This document shows, piece by piece, positions 11,280-23,401 of a stretch of DNA of 64,000 nt. The stretch covers positions 2,542,001 through 2,606,000 of the forward strand of contig OX337236.1 of NCBI GenBank assembly GCA_946965045.2, given 5' to 3'. Positions within the stretch are counted from its first letter, which is position 1, and each line of letters begins with the position of its first letter. The notes below the pieces were generated by a model that was given only the letters and a program-made list of their open reading frames with translations, searched no databases and was not told where the DNA came from. The stretch is from Epithemia pelagica. Taxonomy: Eukaryota > Protista > Bacillariophyta. Made by a program: the position numbers and the translations under genes.

Positions 11280-12428
11280 ATGGTGTCGCCCTTTCTTTCT
11301 CTTTCTCTTCTGCTTTCAGCGGTGTGCTTTGGACGAGCCTTTGTCGTGACAACGACGCCAAGAGTCCCTGAATCGGTGGCGTTCCAGCGAACGACATATA
11401 CATTCTTGGCTTCAGCACCGTCGTCTTCGACCAGTACTGCTCCCAGTGGACCCACAGAATTGCCTGATTCTCTGTTGGATGCTGCCGAACGGGCCGCACA
11501 AGCCACAGCCTCGTATGTGGAACAAGCCGGGCCCATGGCTGTACGATGCAGGGTCGATTTTGATACATCCGTTGGTGACGAAACCTTTCCTCTGCTCAAG
11601 ACCAGTGCCGAATTTATGCAACAATTTGTGTCCGCCTGTTGTTATGCCATGATTCCAGGCTTGCAACAAGAACGTCAGGACGAAATGACGCGCGTCATTC
11701 AAGCCAAGGCCCAATTGAAACAGTTGCAGCAGGAAACACAACAAACGGACGAAGAAATGGAGGAAAATCCACAAGTTCAAGAATTGGCGGCGCTGATTCG
11801 CCGACAAGGTCGAGAAACCGAAAACTACGAATGGAAGGGTCCCAAATGTCGAGTCTACCTTCCCGACGAAGGTAATGCTGCCTTGGCTCGTCGTGATTGG
11901 TTGGATGAGACCAATCCCAAAGTGCCACCCTGTGTCGAATTCAGTTCCTGTTCCGGAGTTCAGTTGGCTGATATTTCTAAGGATTCCCTCGTCTTCTTCT
12001 TTTGTCCCAAGGCCTCGGAAGCCGAGGCTGTGGAACGCTTGTTGGAAGCAGCTGAAGAGTCCTGTGTCAATTTGCAAATGACTTGCCTCGTCAATCCTAA
12101 TTTGGTCGATATGGGTGTCACGGGCTTTGGAATGGCTGGACGATTGTTGCGGGAACGCTTGATTGACCGATTGGTCTGCACATATTACTTGCGTACCCTG
12201 GCATGGGGTGCCTTGACCCGCAAATGGCCCCAAAAGTACAGTGTCTGGCAAGAAGATGAAGCTGCCGATGGTGGATATCGGTTGTTGCAAGCGCTGGACT
12301 CCCTTCCGTCCAATCCAGACGTGGAAGATATTTACGATTTGGCCAATAGTGGGAATGCCAATGGCGAAGGAGGTGGCAATGTGTTGAGTCAATTGGGAGA
12401 CTTTATGCAAGGCATGATGCGGTTATGA
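11280..12428 (+). CDS. DUF1995 (LPA3-like) domain protein, plastid-targeted
   Basis: Signal peptide ending GRA-FV; C-terminal [32 protein letters not shown] and GGYRLL resemble DUF1995. Confidence 0.75.
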   Translation: MVSPFLSLSLLLSAVCFGRAFVVTTTPRVPESVAFQRTTYTFLASAPSSSTSTAPSGPTELPDSLLDAAERAAQATASYVEQAGPMAVRCRVDFDTSVGDETFPLLKTSAEFMQQFVSACCYAMIPGLQQERQDEMTRVIQAKAQLKQLQQETQQTDEEMEENPQVQELAALIRRQGRETENYEWKGPKCRVYLPDEGNAALARRDWLDETNPKVPPCVEFSSCSGVQLADISKDSLVFFFCPKASEAEAVERLLEAAEESCVNLQMTCLVNPNLVDMGVTGFGMAGRLLRERLIDRLVCTYYLRTLAWGALTRKWPQKYSVWQEDEAADGGYRLLQALDSLPSNPDVEDIYDLANSGNANGEGGGNVLSQLGDFMQGMMRL

Positions 12429-12977
12429 AACCAAACAGGAAGTATGCACCACATAAAGCAGAAACAAACATGGATTAAGCAAGCAGGTAGTCTTGCTGTA
12501 GCGCAAGTGCTTCTTTACAACGAAACCCTCTAGTCGGCAATCTGTAGACTTGTCGCAGCAAATTCTTTTGTTCGTTGCCTTGCTTTTGTGCTTTCTGAAT
12601 ACATTTTCAACGTTAGTTTATGGGTTGAGAGGAGTGACAATCCGACTTTGTAGATTCGAAGCTCAGCCTCTCGATCGGATGGATTCCTTGACACGACTAT
12701 CGCCATCACTGAACAAATCATCCTTGCGTCAGAGTTCCTTTCATGATACCCAAGAGAAGAACAAGACCACATCAACTGATGTCATGCATGTTCACTAGAT
12801 GTTAAACTACATGAGATGCAAGCTAGACTTTCACCAATAGCGCTGTCTGCTTGATATAAAACAAAACGATTTGCTCCATCAGTTTACGGTCCACTTCGAA
12901 GACATTGAGGTCATGGGTCACCAGGTGTATCATCTTTATGTTCATAGGAGAGTCAATTGGTCAGGAACGGCAATGAT

Positions 12978-14124
12978 TCAAACTCCGGCTAATTCAATGA
13001 CTGCGATGCAGTTTCCCGCCAACATGGACAAAAAGAGAAGCGCCACTCCCAGTGACGGAAGGGTCACAAGCCAATACCACCAGGTTATACACAAGAAAAA
13101 TGTGTACAAGACCGACTTCCATACGATGGATCCTGGAGTGCTTGCCAAACTAACAAGAAGCGCATAAACCCATAAAAACAGGCCCGCCAAACGCGCCGTC
13201 AAGGGTTGATGAGGTTCCGCCAAAGATCCTACAGATTGAGCGCACCACACAACTTGTTCTTTCCAAACGACATCCAAGGCCAAACCAGTGCGTCGGCTTC
13301 CCCACACAATAGTTTGACTCAGTTCCACCACTGCCGTCCAAGCCGTACCGACCAGAATGTAGGACATCCACAAGGACAATAGCGAATTGTGAGTGGGCCA
13401 CAAAAAGGAACGCAGTACATCAATGGGAATCATAGGAACAAATCCTTCCGCCGTCAGAGAAATTCTTTCAATAAGAGTCGCGTACGCGATCAACAGTGCC
13501 TCAGGCAAGGCAAAAATGGATCCAGGCGTGGCAGTCAAGGGCTCTTGCCGTGCCCACCATGCTTGGTCTACTCTTGTATTGGCCAAGCGACGCAAGTATG
13601 CCTGACGAGATTCGGAGGCAGCCGCACAAAGAAGTGGAATGGCGGCTAAACCTCTTGGTTGTTCACCGCCGTTGTTCGAATTGCTGTTGTTGGTAGTGCC
13701 ATTTTCAATCGCAGGTGTGTTCTCCGGAGTTTGTCCGACCGAAGATTGTTGCGTTCCATAGACACGAAGCTGGCGATCACTTTCATGAATGTACGACCGC
13801 ATGGCTTCCGGTTTCGACACCCCCGACTTTGCTTGCCAAGCTTGATACTTGGCTCGTTCGGCTGCCGACGAAGTAGACAAGGAAGTGGGTGCATCACCCG
13901 AAACTGCCTGTTTGTGCAATGCATACAGTTCCAACTTGTCACGATTCTGGTGGAAAAAGCAAAAGGATTTACTGGTGAGGTACCATTTGTTCGGATATTC
14001 GCTACAACAGGAAGACGAATGGACTCACGGACGGTACACTTCCAGGCTTCCAATTTCGCATTTCATTCGTTTTCTGTCGAAAGGACGACACTAATTCTGT
14101 TTCGCTGTTCCCGGAATCGACCAT
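12978..14124 (-). CDS. ACBP: Acyl-CoA-binding domain protein with hydrophobic C-terminal region, 2 exons (14124-14029, 13946-12978)
   Basis: Splicing GTGAGT...CCAG gives PS|NRDKLELYALHKQA..GD and AKYQAW....G.SK.EAM..YI, the ACBP signature; C-terminus has several hydrophobic segments. Confidence 0.85.
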
Positions 14125-14451
14125 GATGGTAGATAGCGATCAATCAAGACAGTGCAAACAGGTAAGAGTAGGGGTCTTTGGGAATTGGGAACACAACAAC
14201 AAGAACAGGATCACTTGAGGCAGAAGGAGAAGGACCCAGAATCTTATATCCAAGATAGATGATCGCCATCGTCGTGCACGAAAGAGACGTCATCTGTCAC
14301 TATACAATGTAGTGTAGCGCTAAATACACGACGCGAGGGCGAATGTGCGCGCTGAAGGTTGGTCCCGGGGGACTCGAAAAGACATCCAGAACTGGAGGCA
14401 AATCTTTTTCTCTGCGGAAGGTTTTTGGGAGACATCAAGATCAAGGTGACC

Positions 14452-15863
14452 ATGACATTCATCCGAATGATTTGCATCTTTGTTGTCGCACTATGCTTCT
14501 GTTTATTGGGCACCGTGGAAGCATCCTTGGGAAATATGGGTTTCATGAAGCTCAAGCAAGTGCAAGGGGGCTTCAATGGGGATGTAATTGAGGTGCCGCT
14601 AGTTCTAGCCAAACCGAACAGAAGAATCCTGCCCAAGCCTTCTTCTTCCACGAAGTCTCGTGCATCACCCGTCGCACCGGTTGTGCCTTTGCCAGATCCG
14701 ATTCAGCCGAAGACAACGACTACGACCGAAACAGTGCCGGTTAAGCCAGTATGGACGCAGGAGGTTTCATTCAGCAACCGACCCCTCTACCGATTTGACG
14801 CCATTGTGGTGGGTGCAAACTTTGTTGGCCTTCTTTTCAGCATGTTTCTTCGAGGAACGTCGCGTCATTATCATGTTGATCTTTTTGGATCCGGGGCCTT
14901 TGCGCTTGCAGCAGCTCCATTCTTGCTCCAGGCACAGAAAGAGCTAGATTCCACCACCTCACAACGCACGCAAACCGCAACCACCATTGCGGCACAGCAA
15001 AATGCTCAACGCATAAAACTAACGTCGGTTGCCGTTCTTGGCTGGTCTGTCAGACTGGCAACGTATTTGTTCGTCAGAGTGGTGGAGCAAGGAGGAGATG
15101 GTCGCCTGGATGCGATTATGCAGAATCCGTTATATGCTGCTGGATTTTGGGCCTTTTCATCCCTCTGGGGCATGATATGTGGCTTACCCTATTCCATGGG
15201 ATTGACCTCGTCGAGTGTAGGGACCGCCAACAAAAAGGTCTTTCAAACGGGCATGGGTATATTTGCTGCCGGGTGGCTGATTGAGACTGTCGCCGATTAT
15301 CAAAAATGGATCTTTAAGCATACTCCTGCGGATGGTGCAGGTGTCGAGTTTTGCAATGTGGGTTTGTGGGGCTTGTCACAACATCCAAATTGGTTTGGTG
15401 ACTTACTCGTATGGAGTGGATTGTGGATTGCGAATGCACCCTCCTTGATTGAGAAGCCAAAAAAGAAGGGATTTTGGCACAAGGTGTGGTCCTTTCGTCG
15501 ACTGGCTGTGGCAGCCTTGGGGCCCTTTTTCCTGTGGAGATTGTTTGATCAACAATCGACGGGACGCATGTTAACAGACACCTTTACGGCGAAACGCAAA
15601 ACCCATGGATATGGAAGCAATCCGGATTATACCAAGTACATTGATCGTAAGTCTTGTTGTTGTTGTTCTTTGCGAAGCGGAATTCAAATTCGGTCCGTCT
15701 TGGATCTAATCTCCCTTTCTCAATCTCTCTCTGCCTTTCATCACTCCTGTTGCTCTGGTGTGGTCTATTGGTTCTTTTTGCTTTCTTTATGAATGAAATA
15801 GACACACCCTTGATTGTGCCCAAAGTGTTTCAGATCAAATCGATTTCCATCAGCTACGCATGA
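14452..15863 (+). CDS. DUF1295 / steroid 5-alpha-reductase-like membrane protein, probable intron 15647-15801
   Basis: WSVRLATYLF.R, GGDGRLD, ETVADYQK and GLWGLSQHPNWFGD motifs; GTAAGT donor at 15647 and acceptor AG at 15800-15801 give YID|HTPLIVPK. 3' end uncertain. Confidence 0.85.
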
Positions 15864-17160
15864 TGATGATCTCTGGATGAAGAATGAACGACTTTGGTGG
15901 TTGAAAACTTACTTGTGTCCACGGATTCCTAAGGAGCCAACTTTTTTTTGTCCTGAGGTGTTGAAAGTGTTGAAAAATTGTTACCTATGTCAACAACAAC
16001 TAACTATCTAGGTGTTGAAAAATTCTTCTGTGTTTTTACGATTAAATCTTCGTGTCTCTTGTGTTGATTGCATGCACCATTCTGATTGCTTTCGATTACA
16101 CTACTTTGGTAGCAAGCCAGTTGTACTATTGTGATTTGAATGCACATTCGCTCGTCCTCTATGAGAGAACCTGAGACACCACAAAGCCATCATCCATCAT
16201 ACGGACCGACAGCCCCGGCGTTTCGACAAAGCAAGACGACCAAATATACAAACAAAAACGGCGGCACTCACAATCACTACTGGAGGAATCGAACCTTGGG
16301 CCCAACGAGAGTCAAGAGCCAACTGACCCAGACTGGTCAAACCTTGGGGACCTCCCACCCTACTACGACGCAGTCAAGAGCCGACCCAGACTGACAGTGA
16401 GTGTCATCATCATTCATATCGCCCAATAAACCCGGGCAGAAAAAGGACCTCTCCTCACTCGTTCGGTGGAAACGCGCAAGTAGGTGTTCCAAGTCGCGCT
16501 GATACACCATCAGCTTCTTTTACTAGGGCTTTTAATCTCACATGATTTTCTATTCCACACATATTGCTTTATCAACACGCAACAAAACCCTACTACCTAG
16601 TTAGCTTTATGTGTCAATGGCTTCTACGAACTCCGTCTACCGCCCACTCCGGCGTCTATTAGGACTTAGCACAGGTAGATGTTGATTGCTTTTCGCTTTC
16701 TCCCCACACAGCCGGATACCACGTACTTGGTCTTTCGGCAGGCCTAAAATTGTTCACGATTTACAGTGATCCTACGGCACGCTTTCAAATTTTCACAACG
16801 ATTTACAGTGGTTTTTTGTATGCTGATGAGTACGATACTGTACTCTTTCATAGTCAATAATTCATCTACTCTTCTCCTGTGATTGTTTTTTATGTGGACG
16901 AGGGATGGAAGGTATGAAAGTATTGATGCAGAGCCATTGTGCACGGTTCGCTCGTTTCTCCGCCTAAAACATGAATTGAGTGGATCTGGATTGGAAGCTC
17001 TCTACTATCGAGTCTTTCCTTTGATCCCCTTGATACCCTGTTTAACATATCGATTCAGACGCTCTTCTCCGTTCCACAGAGTGTGCTTCTGGTTCTGTGT
17101 ATAGACAAAGAAAATGTATCTTGTAGTTTGTGAATCGAAGAGAATCCTTAGTAGCAAATA

Positions 17161-17281
17161 ATGAAGCCGTGGTAGAAATCCCACAATTGCTACTTACTAG
17201 CAAATGAAGCCGTGGTAGAAATCCCACAATTGCTACTTACTAGCAAATGAAGCCGTGGTAGAAATCCCACAATTGCTACTT
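17161..17281. repeat. 43-bp head-to-tail tandem repeat, ~2.8 copies
   Basis: ATGAAGCCGTGGTAGAAATCCCACAATTGCTACTTACTAGCAA at 17161, 17204 and 17247 (partial). Confidence 0.95.
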
Positions 17282-18314
17282 GGGACTACGAAACCTATCA
17301 CTCTATTTTGGTCGTGTTTCGTTTCCGTAAAATCAATGAGTACCTACCTAGTTGCCTTCAGTTCCACTTTTAAAAAAGAGATCGTGTATTGAGACTTGAG
17401 ATGCTGTCCTGACTGAGCTGAAATAACAGCTTTATGTCGGTGAGATGAAGAAACAACATTACTTGTGGTTGAAAGTTTGTTTATTGTTGTACAATAATAA
17501 TACCTACAGAACCCTCGTCACAGACAAGAGCTACGGTTCGGCTCTTATTTCCGATCACGTCCTTTCCCGTGTGATCGATCACGTTCATTCCTCCTTCATT
17601 CTACGTGTTCCATTCTTTTGTTCCTGTATTTCCATCGACTTGCCATCGCGGAACTGCTTATTCGGCTAGCTGAAGCTTTCTTCATGCTCACAGGACATTT
17701 TGACATTCCTTGGTTTTTTCCTATAGAAGTTCTTCCCTTGTGAACAAATACACGATTCATTCTCTTAGCCTTCCTTGATGTGGGCATCTAAGTCCTCGAG
17801 TTGCAAACTGTAAGAAAGTAGCTGATACATCCAAATCGGAGCAAGATCGCTTTATGTATATCGTGTGCTAATCAATCAAATAAATAAAGTCACCTTGCGA
17901 ACAATCACAGCAGTACTTCTTCTGAGCAAGGAATGATAGCAAATTATTGACGTCCGTTAAGCAGACAAAGATGCACGCTCGTGATGCGTTCGACAAGAAA
18001 TTGTAGGCGCGAAACTGGGGATTATACCAAAAGTGACTTCTCATTTTCAGCCATACCAACAGAGATTCTGTTCGATTAAAGATTGCCTCTTCTTGAGCCG
18101 CTTAGATTGAAATTGGACATTTCGAATGCCATGGAAATTCAAGTCTAAGCATAGTTGAATCAATGCAGGAAGCAGTTTGCTAATGCATTTTTGAACGCTA
18201 TGTCACCGTAAAAGTAGCATCATTAATTCATCTATTTCAGACCGAACCTGCGGTTCAAACACTCCGAAAGCATAATGATAGGTACGGATCAATCGCTCCT
18301 GGAAGTAGCCTACA

Positions 18315-18695
18315 ACAGAACTTTTAAACCATAATACTCAATTTAGCCTACAGAGTGTTAAGATGAATCTACGTCTAAAGTGACTATCTTTCTTTATAGA
18401 CGATCCAAATGATTTTCAGTTTCATCCCATCGGATGAAGGTGCTTTACAGAAGTTTTAAACCATAATACTCGATGTAACCTACATAATGTAAAGGTGAAT
18501 CTACATTTAAAGTTACTATCTTCATTTATAGACTAGCTGAATAGTTTTCTTGACATTGCTCAGCTTTGTCGTAACCTGTAACTCAAAAATAGAGCTTCCT
18601 TACAAGTAAGATAAATGGGAAAGAGAACAAAATGAGGCAAGATCTGCTTTCCAGTTTTGTCGTAACCTGTAACTCAACCATAGAGCTTCCTTACA
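18315..18695. repeat. Two pairs of diverged local duplications (87 bp: 18315-18401 / 18447-18533; 44 bp: 18561-18604 / 18652-18695)
   Basis: Aligned by eye: ACAGAA(C/G)TTTTAAACCATAATACTC...TTTATAGAC and CAG(C/T)TTTGTCGTAACCTGTAACTCAA...AGAGCTTCCTTACA. Confidence 0.85.
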
Positions 18696-18728
18696 TTATG
18701 CCAATGCTAAGGTTTTTTTCGAACGCAA

Positions 18729-18950
18729 TTGACGCAATTGAAAAAGAAGTGGAATCAAGGACACAATCGATATTTGGCGGGCATTACGGCTCACAATATG
18801 GCCGTGGTCCATACCTTGGCCGTCTTGCAAGACGACCAGGCCGACTACGAAGAAAAGCACCATGACAATGAAGATCCCGTGGACTTGTTTCGACAAGCCA
18901 TTCAGATAAAGGAATTGGCCTTTGGGTCCTGTCATTTTGAACAGTTTTGA
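18729..18950 (+). pseudogene. Possible decayed TPR (kinesin-light-chain-like) gene remnant
   Basis: HTLAVLQDDQADYEE...LFRQAIQIKELAFGSCH resembles a TPR unit; short and surrounded by stop codons. Confidence 0.35.
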
Positions 18951-20100
18951 GGTAGGCTTTGAAAAAATGAGTTTCGAGTTTTAGGTTTCAATAATATTGT
19001 ACTCCCATGACTTTCCCCACCACATGAACTATGGAAATGCACGCCGTTGAGTAATCGTAATATTATATTGCATAAGCGGAGAAGGGAATGGAGGCTTCGT
19101 TCCGTGAGCCTGTTGTCTTGGAAGTGGTTACCAAAAGCCATATTCTTAGAATCTGATTACTTATATATCCTCTAGAATGATGGACAACATAAAAGCGTGT
19201 GGGGCTCCTGGCAAAATCTCGAAACTAGATTCTCTGTTGGGTTGAAGAGGGCCAGTCTTCACACCTTTGCTGTTTCGGTTCTTCGATCATAACCTAATGG
19301 CTGTTCAACTCGATTTTCATAGCTCGATGGACAAGAGCCGTGGAAATAAATCCTTTCCTTTCAAGCTGCTGCTACTTGTTTCTGTCTCATTTATATCATC
19401 AATAGTCTAATCTCACGCTCATAAGAAAAGTAGACGAGTGGGCTATAAGCTAACAGGTTTCGGATGGATTGGAGTTTTGACGCACAGAGGACTGTCCTCG
19501 ATGGTACATGACGGGTTTTTAAAGTGTCTATGAATTGAGCTTTGCATTCTTTGTATGGTGTTCGCAATAAATGTTCAATCCAGGTATTGTGTAAGATCAC
19601 GTTCAGGTTTCGTTCCAAACTTATGCTGCACTTTTTAGGAATCAACAAGCGAAAGTACAAGGCTGGCAGAACCTTGGCAAATGTTGGCGGGGAAAGTCTC
19701 GGACATAGGTAGTACTAAAATGACGGATATTTCTTGACCTTAAGTTGCCCAGCGGCCATCGACGACAAGGAGTTATGCACAGAGTGCCGAAGGGAAAGAA
19801 AGGTAAGGGATGCTAGCATTTGGAGGGTAGCGGCTTGCATTGTGAAATGGTGCACTGCTTATGGGACAGAAAATACTTCAGAGATGAAGAAACCCTTAGA
19901 AGATACTGTGCGGAGATCGGCGATGGCAACAAAGCTACATGGATTTATTTCCTTTGAGTAATCCATATAGAACCACCCATTCCCGGGTGCTGCGATAATT
20001 TGCAGGTATTCTCTACCACGTAGACAGAACTGGCGCGCTAATTAAGCACTGAATCTTTTCCGTACGAAACACTACAAGCGAGATTAACTTCATTTAGCTA

Positions 20101-20286
20101 GAACTCGACCCTACGGCAACATGTAGATGCTCAAACTTTTTCTTTAAGAAATCTCTGTCACCATTGGATTACCCCATGACACCCATCTATGACAAATCAC
20201 ATTGGATTCCACAGGCTATATCATTAAGGATGTGTGTTAAGGAAAAAGTTTGAGCATCTTCATGTTGGTTGGATATTGTCGAGTTC
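20101..20286. mobile_element. Putative MITE (186 bp), imperfect terminal inverted repeats, flanked by TA
   Basis: Outer arms GAACTCGAC / GTCGAGTTC; inner 31-bp arms 20117-20147 and 20237-20267 with 2 mismatches; no coding capacity. Confidence 0.6.
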
Positions 20287-20370
20287 TATCTAGTTGAAAC
20301 TATATGTCCAACGGTACATTTTCGCCCGTCATGGGCATACCCGGAGAGAAGGCACTCTAGGCGTGATAGG

Positions 20371-20660
20371 CATATTCGTCTAAAATTTCTGTTTTTGTTG
20401 TCTTACGTGGCTGTTTATCCAAATACTCCTTCGTCTCGCGATGGACTTTCTCACCTATGGTTGTTTGGACGTGTCATCTTAGTTGGTCGGTCATGTAGCT
20501 GTTGGCGTAAACTACGCATGAAGGGGGAAGATAGATATAGATATTGCCGTGAATGTTGTTGAGTGATGGAGGGTGTTCGAAAGTCACAAGCATATATCTC
20601 TCTCTATATATTATTCGTCTAAAATCTCTTTTTTTGTTGTCTTACGTGATGAGCTGTTTC
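20371..20660. repeat. ~240-bp tandem (satellite-like) repeat, left part, interrupted by Copia B
   Basis: TATTCGTCTAAAAT recurs ~240 bp apart; the unit continues at 47321-47750 and is duplicated at ~29294-29583. Confidence 0.85.
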
Positions 20661-20794
20661 TGTTGTGGCAAGATCAGGAAACGGTAGGACTCGACCAAAA
20701 GGCGACTGGCGAGAAGGCGAAAGAAGATGCAGATTGGATCTTGGTGAAGCGACGTGGCCAAAGAAAAGCAACGCAAACGAAACAAGAAGAAGCT
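20661..20794 (+). repeat. Duplicated left half of Copia B 5' LTR
   Basis: Matches 47111-47244; preceded by TSD GTTTC. Confidence 0.92.
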
Positions 20795-21200
20795 TTACCC
20801 CCAAAAAACTTTATATTCTCGATCTAATTTATTACTGCACTCTCCTAGGCCACATAATTTCCTTCACAAGAATGTGATTTCCAGATCAGCAAACTCGGGG
20901 CTGTGTAGTGTTTGCAACGCCTCCGCGCTATAAAATTTCCAAACTTGCTTTTTTGGTTCCCACCGTCCCCCCTGTAATTTGAGCACTTGTCGATGGCGGT
21001 AGGTATTTCCCGAAACGAAAAAAACTCCAGACGTATCGGCATCTTTTGCTGCATTCCCTGCCTTTTCGGGTGCAGATTTTATAACATTCTCCTGTTCTTT
21101 GAATTCTTTGTTTGGTTGCAGCGCAGATGTACCTCAAGCATCCCCAGAAAAACATATTATTTTATCTTAGCATGATACATTACCCCGACAGCGCCCGTGG

Positions 21201-22235
21201 CTAAATAGTTTCCAACGTGCGCCGATATATAGTCCACTGTTTCTCGGTGTCATCTCCCTTCCATTGAACAAATTCCGCGAATTCCGCCTTGTTTTTGACG
21301 TACACAGTCGTTTGCCATGTCGTGTTGTCAATTTTGGTGGCCCCCACTCGCGGCTGGAAGGCAGCGGCATCCACTGAGTTGAAGAATTCAAGCTTGACCA
21401 CAATGGCGTATCGATTGTCCTGGCTGGAAATGGTATAATCTGACATAGACGTCACAGATAGTTTCACAACGGACATATTGTCTGTATGGTTAAGACCATC
21501 TAACATTTGGTGAAGAGGCCATGAAGCTGCAACAATATTGTTTTCATTTCTTGCGACAGACTTGAACTTGGCTTTGTCTTTCAGATGACACTTGTACGGT
21601 TTATTCCTACCAACACACACATCAAGTGATTGATATATTGCAATCGGATCGTTGAAATCTACAGCCTCGGTGATGGGATTGCTGAGACGGTATGATTCCA
21701 GTTGATCAAGACCGTCGCAAGGAGACTCCGAGTCTGTTGGTTCGTAGTCCTGCAGGATGAACCGAGTAAGATCAGGCGGTTGGGACACTGGCAAAGGATC
21801 CCGAGGACTGATTTCGATTCCATCGAGATTCACCAAATGTCTGTGGATTTCCCAACCGTTCAAAGCCGTCTGAAACTCCGTGGCTGCCCTTCTATCATCG
21901 AAGTATGCCTTGACGGTTAGATCGTTGCCGTCGTAAACGACTTGCTTCGACTCTGCTGCAGAATAGCGAGCTCCATATTTTTCCAATAGCTTGTAGACAT
22001 TTCCCCTTGCTCCATGGGAATTCAAGGCATTCATAACTCGAGCAGTTACCTGATACACCGGCGGCCTCTGCAACTCGCGGATTTTTCGACGGAGTGTTCC
22101 TCTAATAGCCAACGTATTCTGTAGTCCGCAATACTCAATCAATTCCCTCTCATCGTTCTCCGTCCTCACATCGATAAGATCAATACCCAACTCCTCAGCT
22201 CCTCGTTTTAGACTGTTCAAGGTTCTGTCTCCCAT
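21201..22235 (-). CDS. 344-aa Crinkler/CR-effector-like protein with putative HNH-type nuclease C-terminus, copy 1
   Basis: Intact ORF with ACCACCATGG start context; QDY.PTDSESP, YQSLD, CH..DK and NENNI..ASW.LHQMLDGLN resemble Crinkler C-terminal HNH-like domains (from recall, not searched). Confidence 0.6.
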   Translation of the reverse strand: MGDRTLNSLKRGAEELGIDLIDVRTENDERELIEYCGLQNTLAIRGTLRRKIRELQRPPVYQVTARVMNALNSHGARGNVYKLLEKYGARYSAAESKQVVYDGNDLTVKAYFDDRRAATEFQTALNGWEIHRHLVNLDGIEISPRDPLPVSQPPDLTRFILQDYEPTDSESPCDGLDQLESYRLSNPITEAVDFNDPIAIYQSLDVCVGRNKPYKCHLKDKAKFKSVARNENNIVAASWPLHQMLDGLNHTDNMSVVKLSVTSMSDYTISSQDNRYAIVVKLEFFNSVDAAAFQPRVGATKIDNTTWQTTVYVKNKAEFAEFVQWKGDDTEKQWTIYRRTLETI

Positions 22236-22574
22236 GGTGGTTGCAACAATTGACTTTGAGGTGTAGACGCGTCTCTGTTGACGAAGCTTTTTCAGTGCTA
22301 GAATGAAAACAGAACAATTGGTATCGGACGATGGCCAGACGGATTTTCATAACCCGAACCCCAATGAAAAAATGCAACTCGCTGGGACAGCCAGTCAAGC
22401 TTCTCAGGACCAAGTCGCGTTGATGCTCGTGCACTCCAAGGCGAGACTGGGAAGCCGTGACCCTTAAGTCTAGTTTTGGAGGGTCGGTTCGGCTCCTATT
22501 CAGTCTGATTGGTGTTTAAAAAAAAAAAAAAGTAGTGTGGAACATTATTATTTTACGCGTCTCTCTAAAATGCC

Positions 22575-23339
22575 TTAAACATTCAGCTCTTCTAGCCACC
22601 GCGCCAATTCCTCAACCGTTTCGTCTGCTTGATTGTATAAGAGTTGCTCTTTGGCAGCATCAACTCCCAGTATTGTCTCCGCCTCGTTAGCCAGCTCGGG
22701 AGGCGGGGCAATGAGCGGAGCCGCATGCCAACCTTCCAGGGTAATTCGTTTCACGTCAGTTTCAACCATGGGTCGCTTCATACGGATGACTTGTCCCGCT
22801 GCTTTGAGCAATTCTTCAATATCTTCAGATTCGTCAAAGGGATCGTCCTTATACTGTATCAGCAACGTACTTCTAGCTCTATAGGCACGTCGAGCAGCCG
22901 TATTCACTTCCTGCGGTGGAGGCATGAAATCTCGGGCACCATCGGCAACTTCCTCAATCAGCATTGGAATTTGGTTTATCGCATCCAGCACTTCAGTTGT
23001 TATTGGGATCACTTCAGAATTGGACATCATTACGTCTCTCGCTGGAGCGATTGCGGCTGTTATGGCATCACGAAGTGCCGTTGGAATGGACAATCCGCCA
23101 GCCTTGTCAAAATCCAACACGGACGGAATTATGAGCTTGGAAGCCTTGGAAAGTAAATCATCTGGCGGCACTTCTCCTCTTGCCGCTACTTTGGCAAGTT
23201 CCACGCACACTGGTATCACGTCACTCGCGCCCTTCCTGTTGGGGTCGCCGCGAGCCGCCGCGTAGGTAAAAAAGGGGGCAAAAAATTCTTCAAAAAAGGG
23301 CACGGCTTCCGAAACGGGTTTGTTGTTGTACGAAATGAG
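22575..23339 (-). pseudogene. 5'-truncated DUF1350 (alpha/beta-hydrolase-like) gene fragment, copy 1
   Basis: LISYNNKPVSEAVPFFEEFF, F.PPPQEV, RAYRARSTLLIQYKDDPFDES and LEGWHAAPL; N-terminal half absent. Confidence 0.7.
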
Positions 23340-23401
23340 TAGGGTGGTCGGTTCTCTTCTCTCTTCATGATATATGATATATTCTTCATATTTATGTAGA
23401 G

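Larger units (their letters stand above)
19975..23401 (+). repeat. Segmental duplication copy 1 (3427 bp)
   Basis: Near-identical to 28923-32314; copy 2 lacks a 25-bp and a 10-bp segment, which accounts for the length difference. Confidence 0.95.

Noticed and set aside
11412-12410. 332-aa antisense ORF and many similar shadow ORFs (e.g. 3434-4147, 6304-6756, 41716-42228, 52396-53142)
   Set aside because: They overlap well-supported genes on the other strand or frame and have no motifs; expected from codon structure.
16470-16510. tRNA-like 3' end (GTTCCAAGTC...ACACCA)
   Set aside because: The putative T-stem halves do not pair and no acceptor 5' strand was found.
17161-17281. 43-bp repeats as a CRISPR array
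   Set aside because: Units are head-to-tail with no unique spacers, there are no cas genes and the context is eukaryotic.
20269-20827. Short ORFs repeated at 29192-29846 and 47400-47700
   Set aside because: By-products of the tandem repeat and LTR sequence.
22518-22531. A14 tract as the poly(A) tail of a DUF1350 retrocopy
   Set aside because: It is poly(T) on the coding strand of all cargo genes, the wrong orientation for a processed pseudogene.
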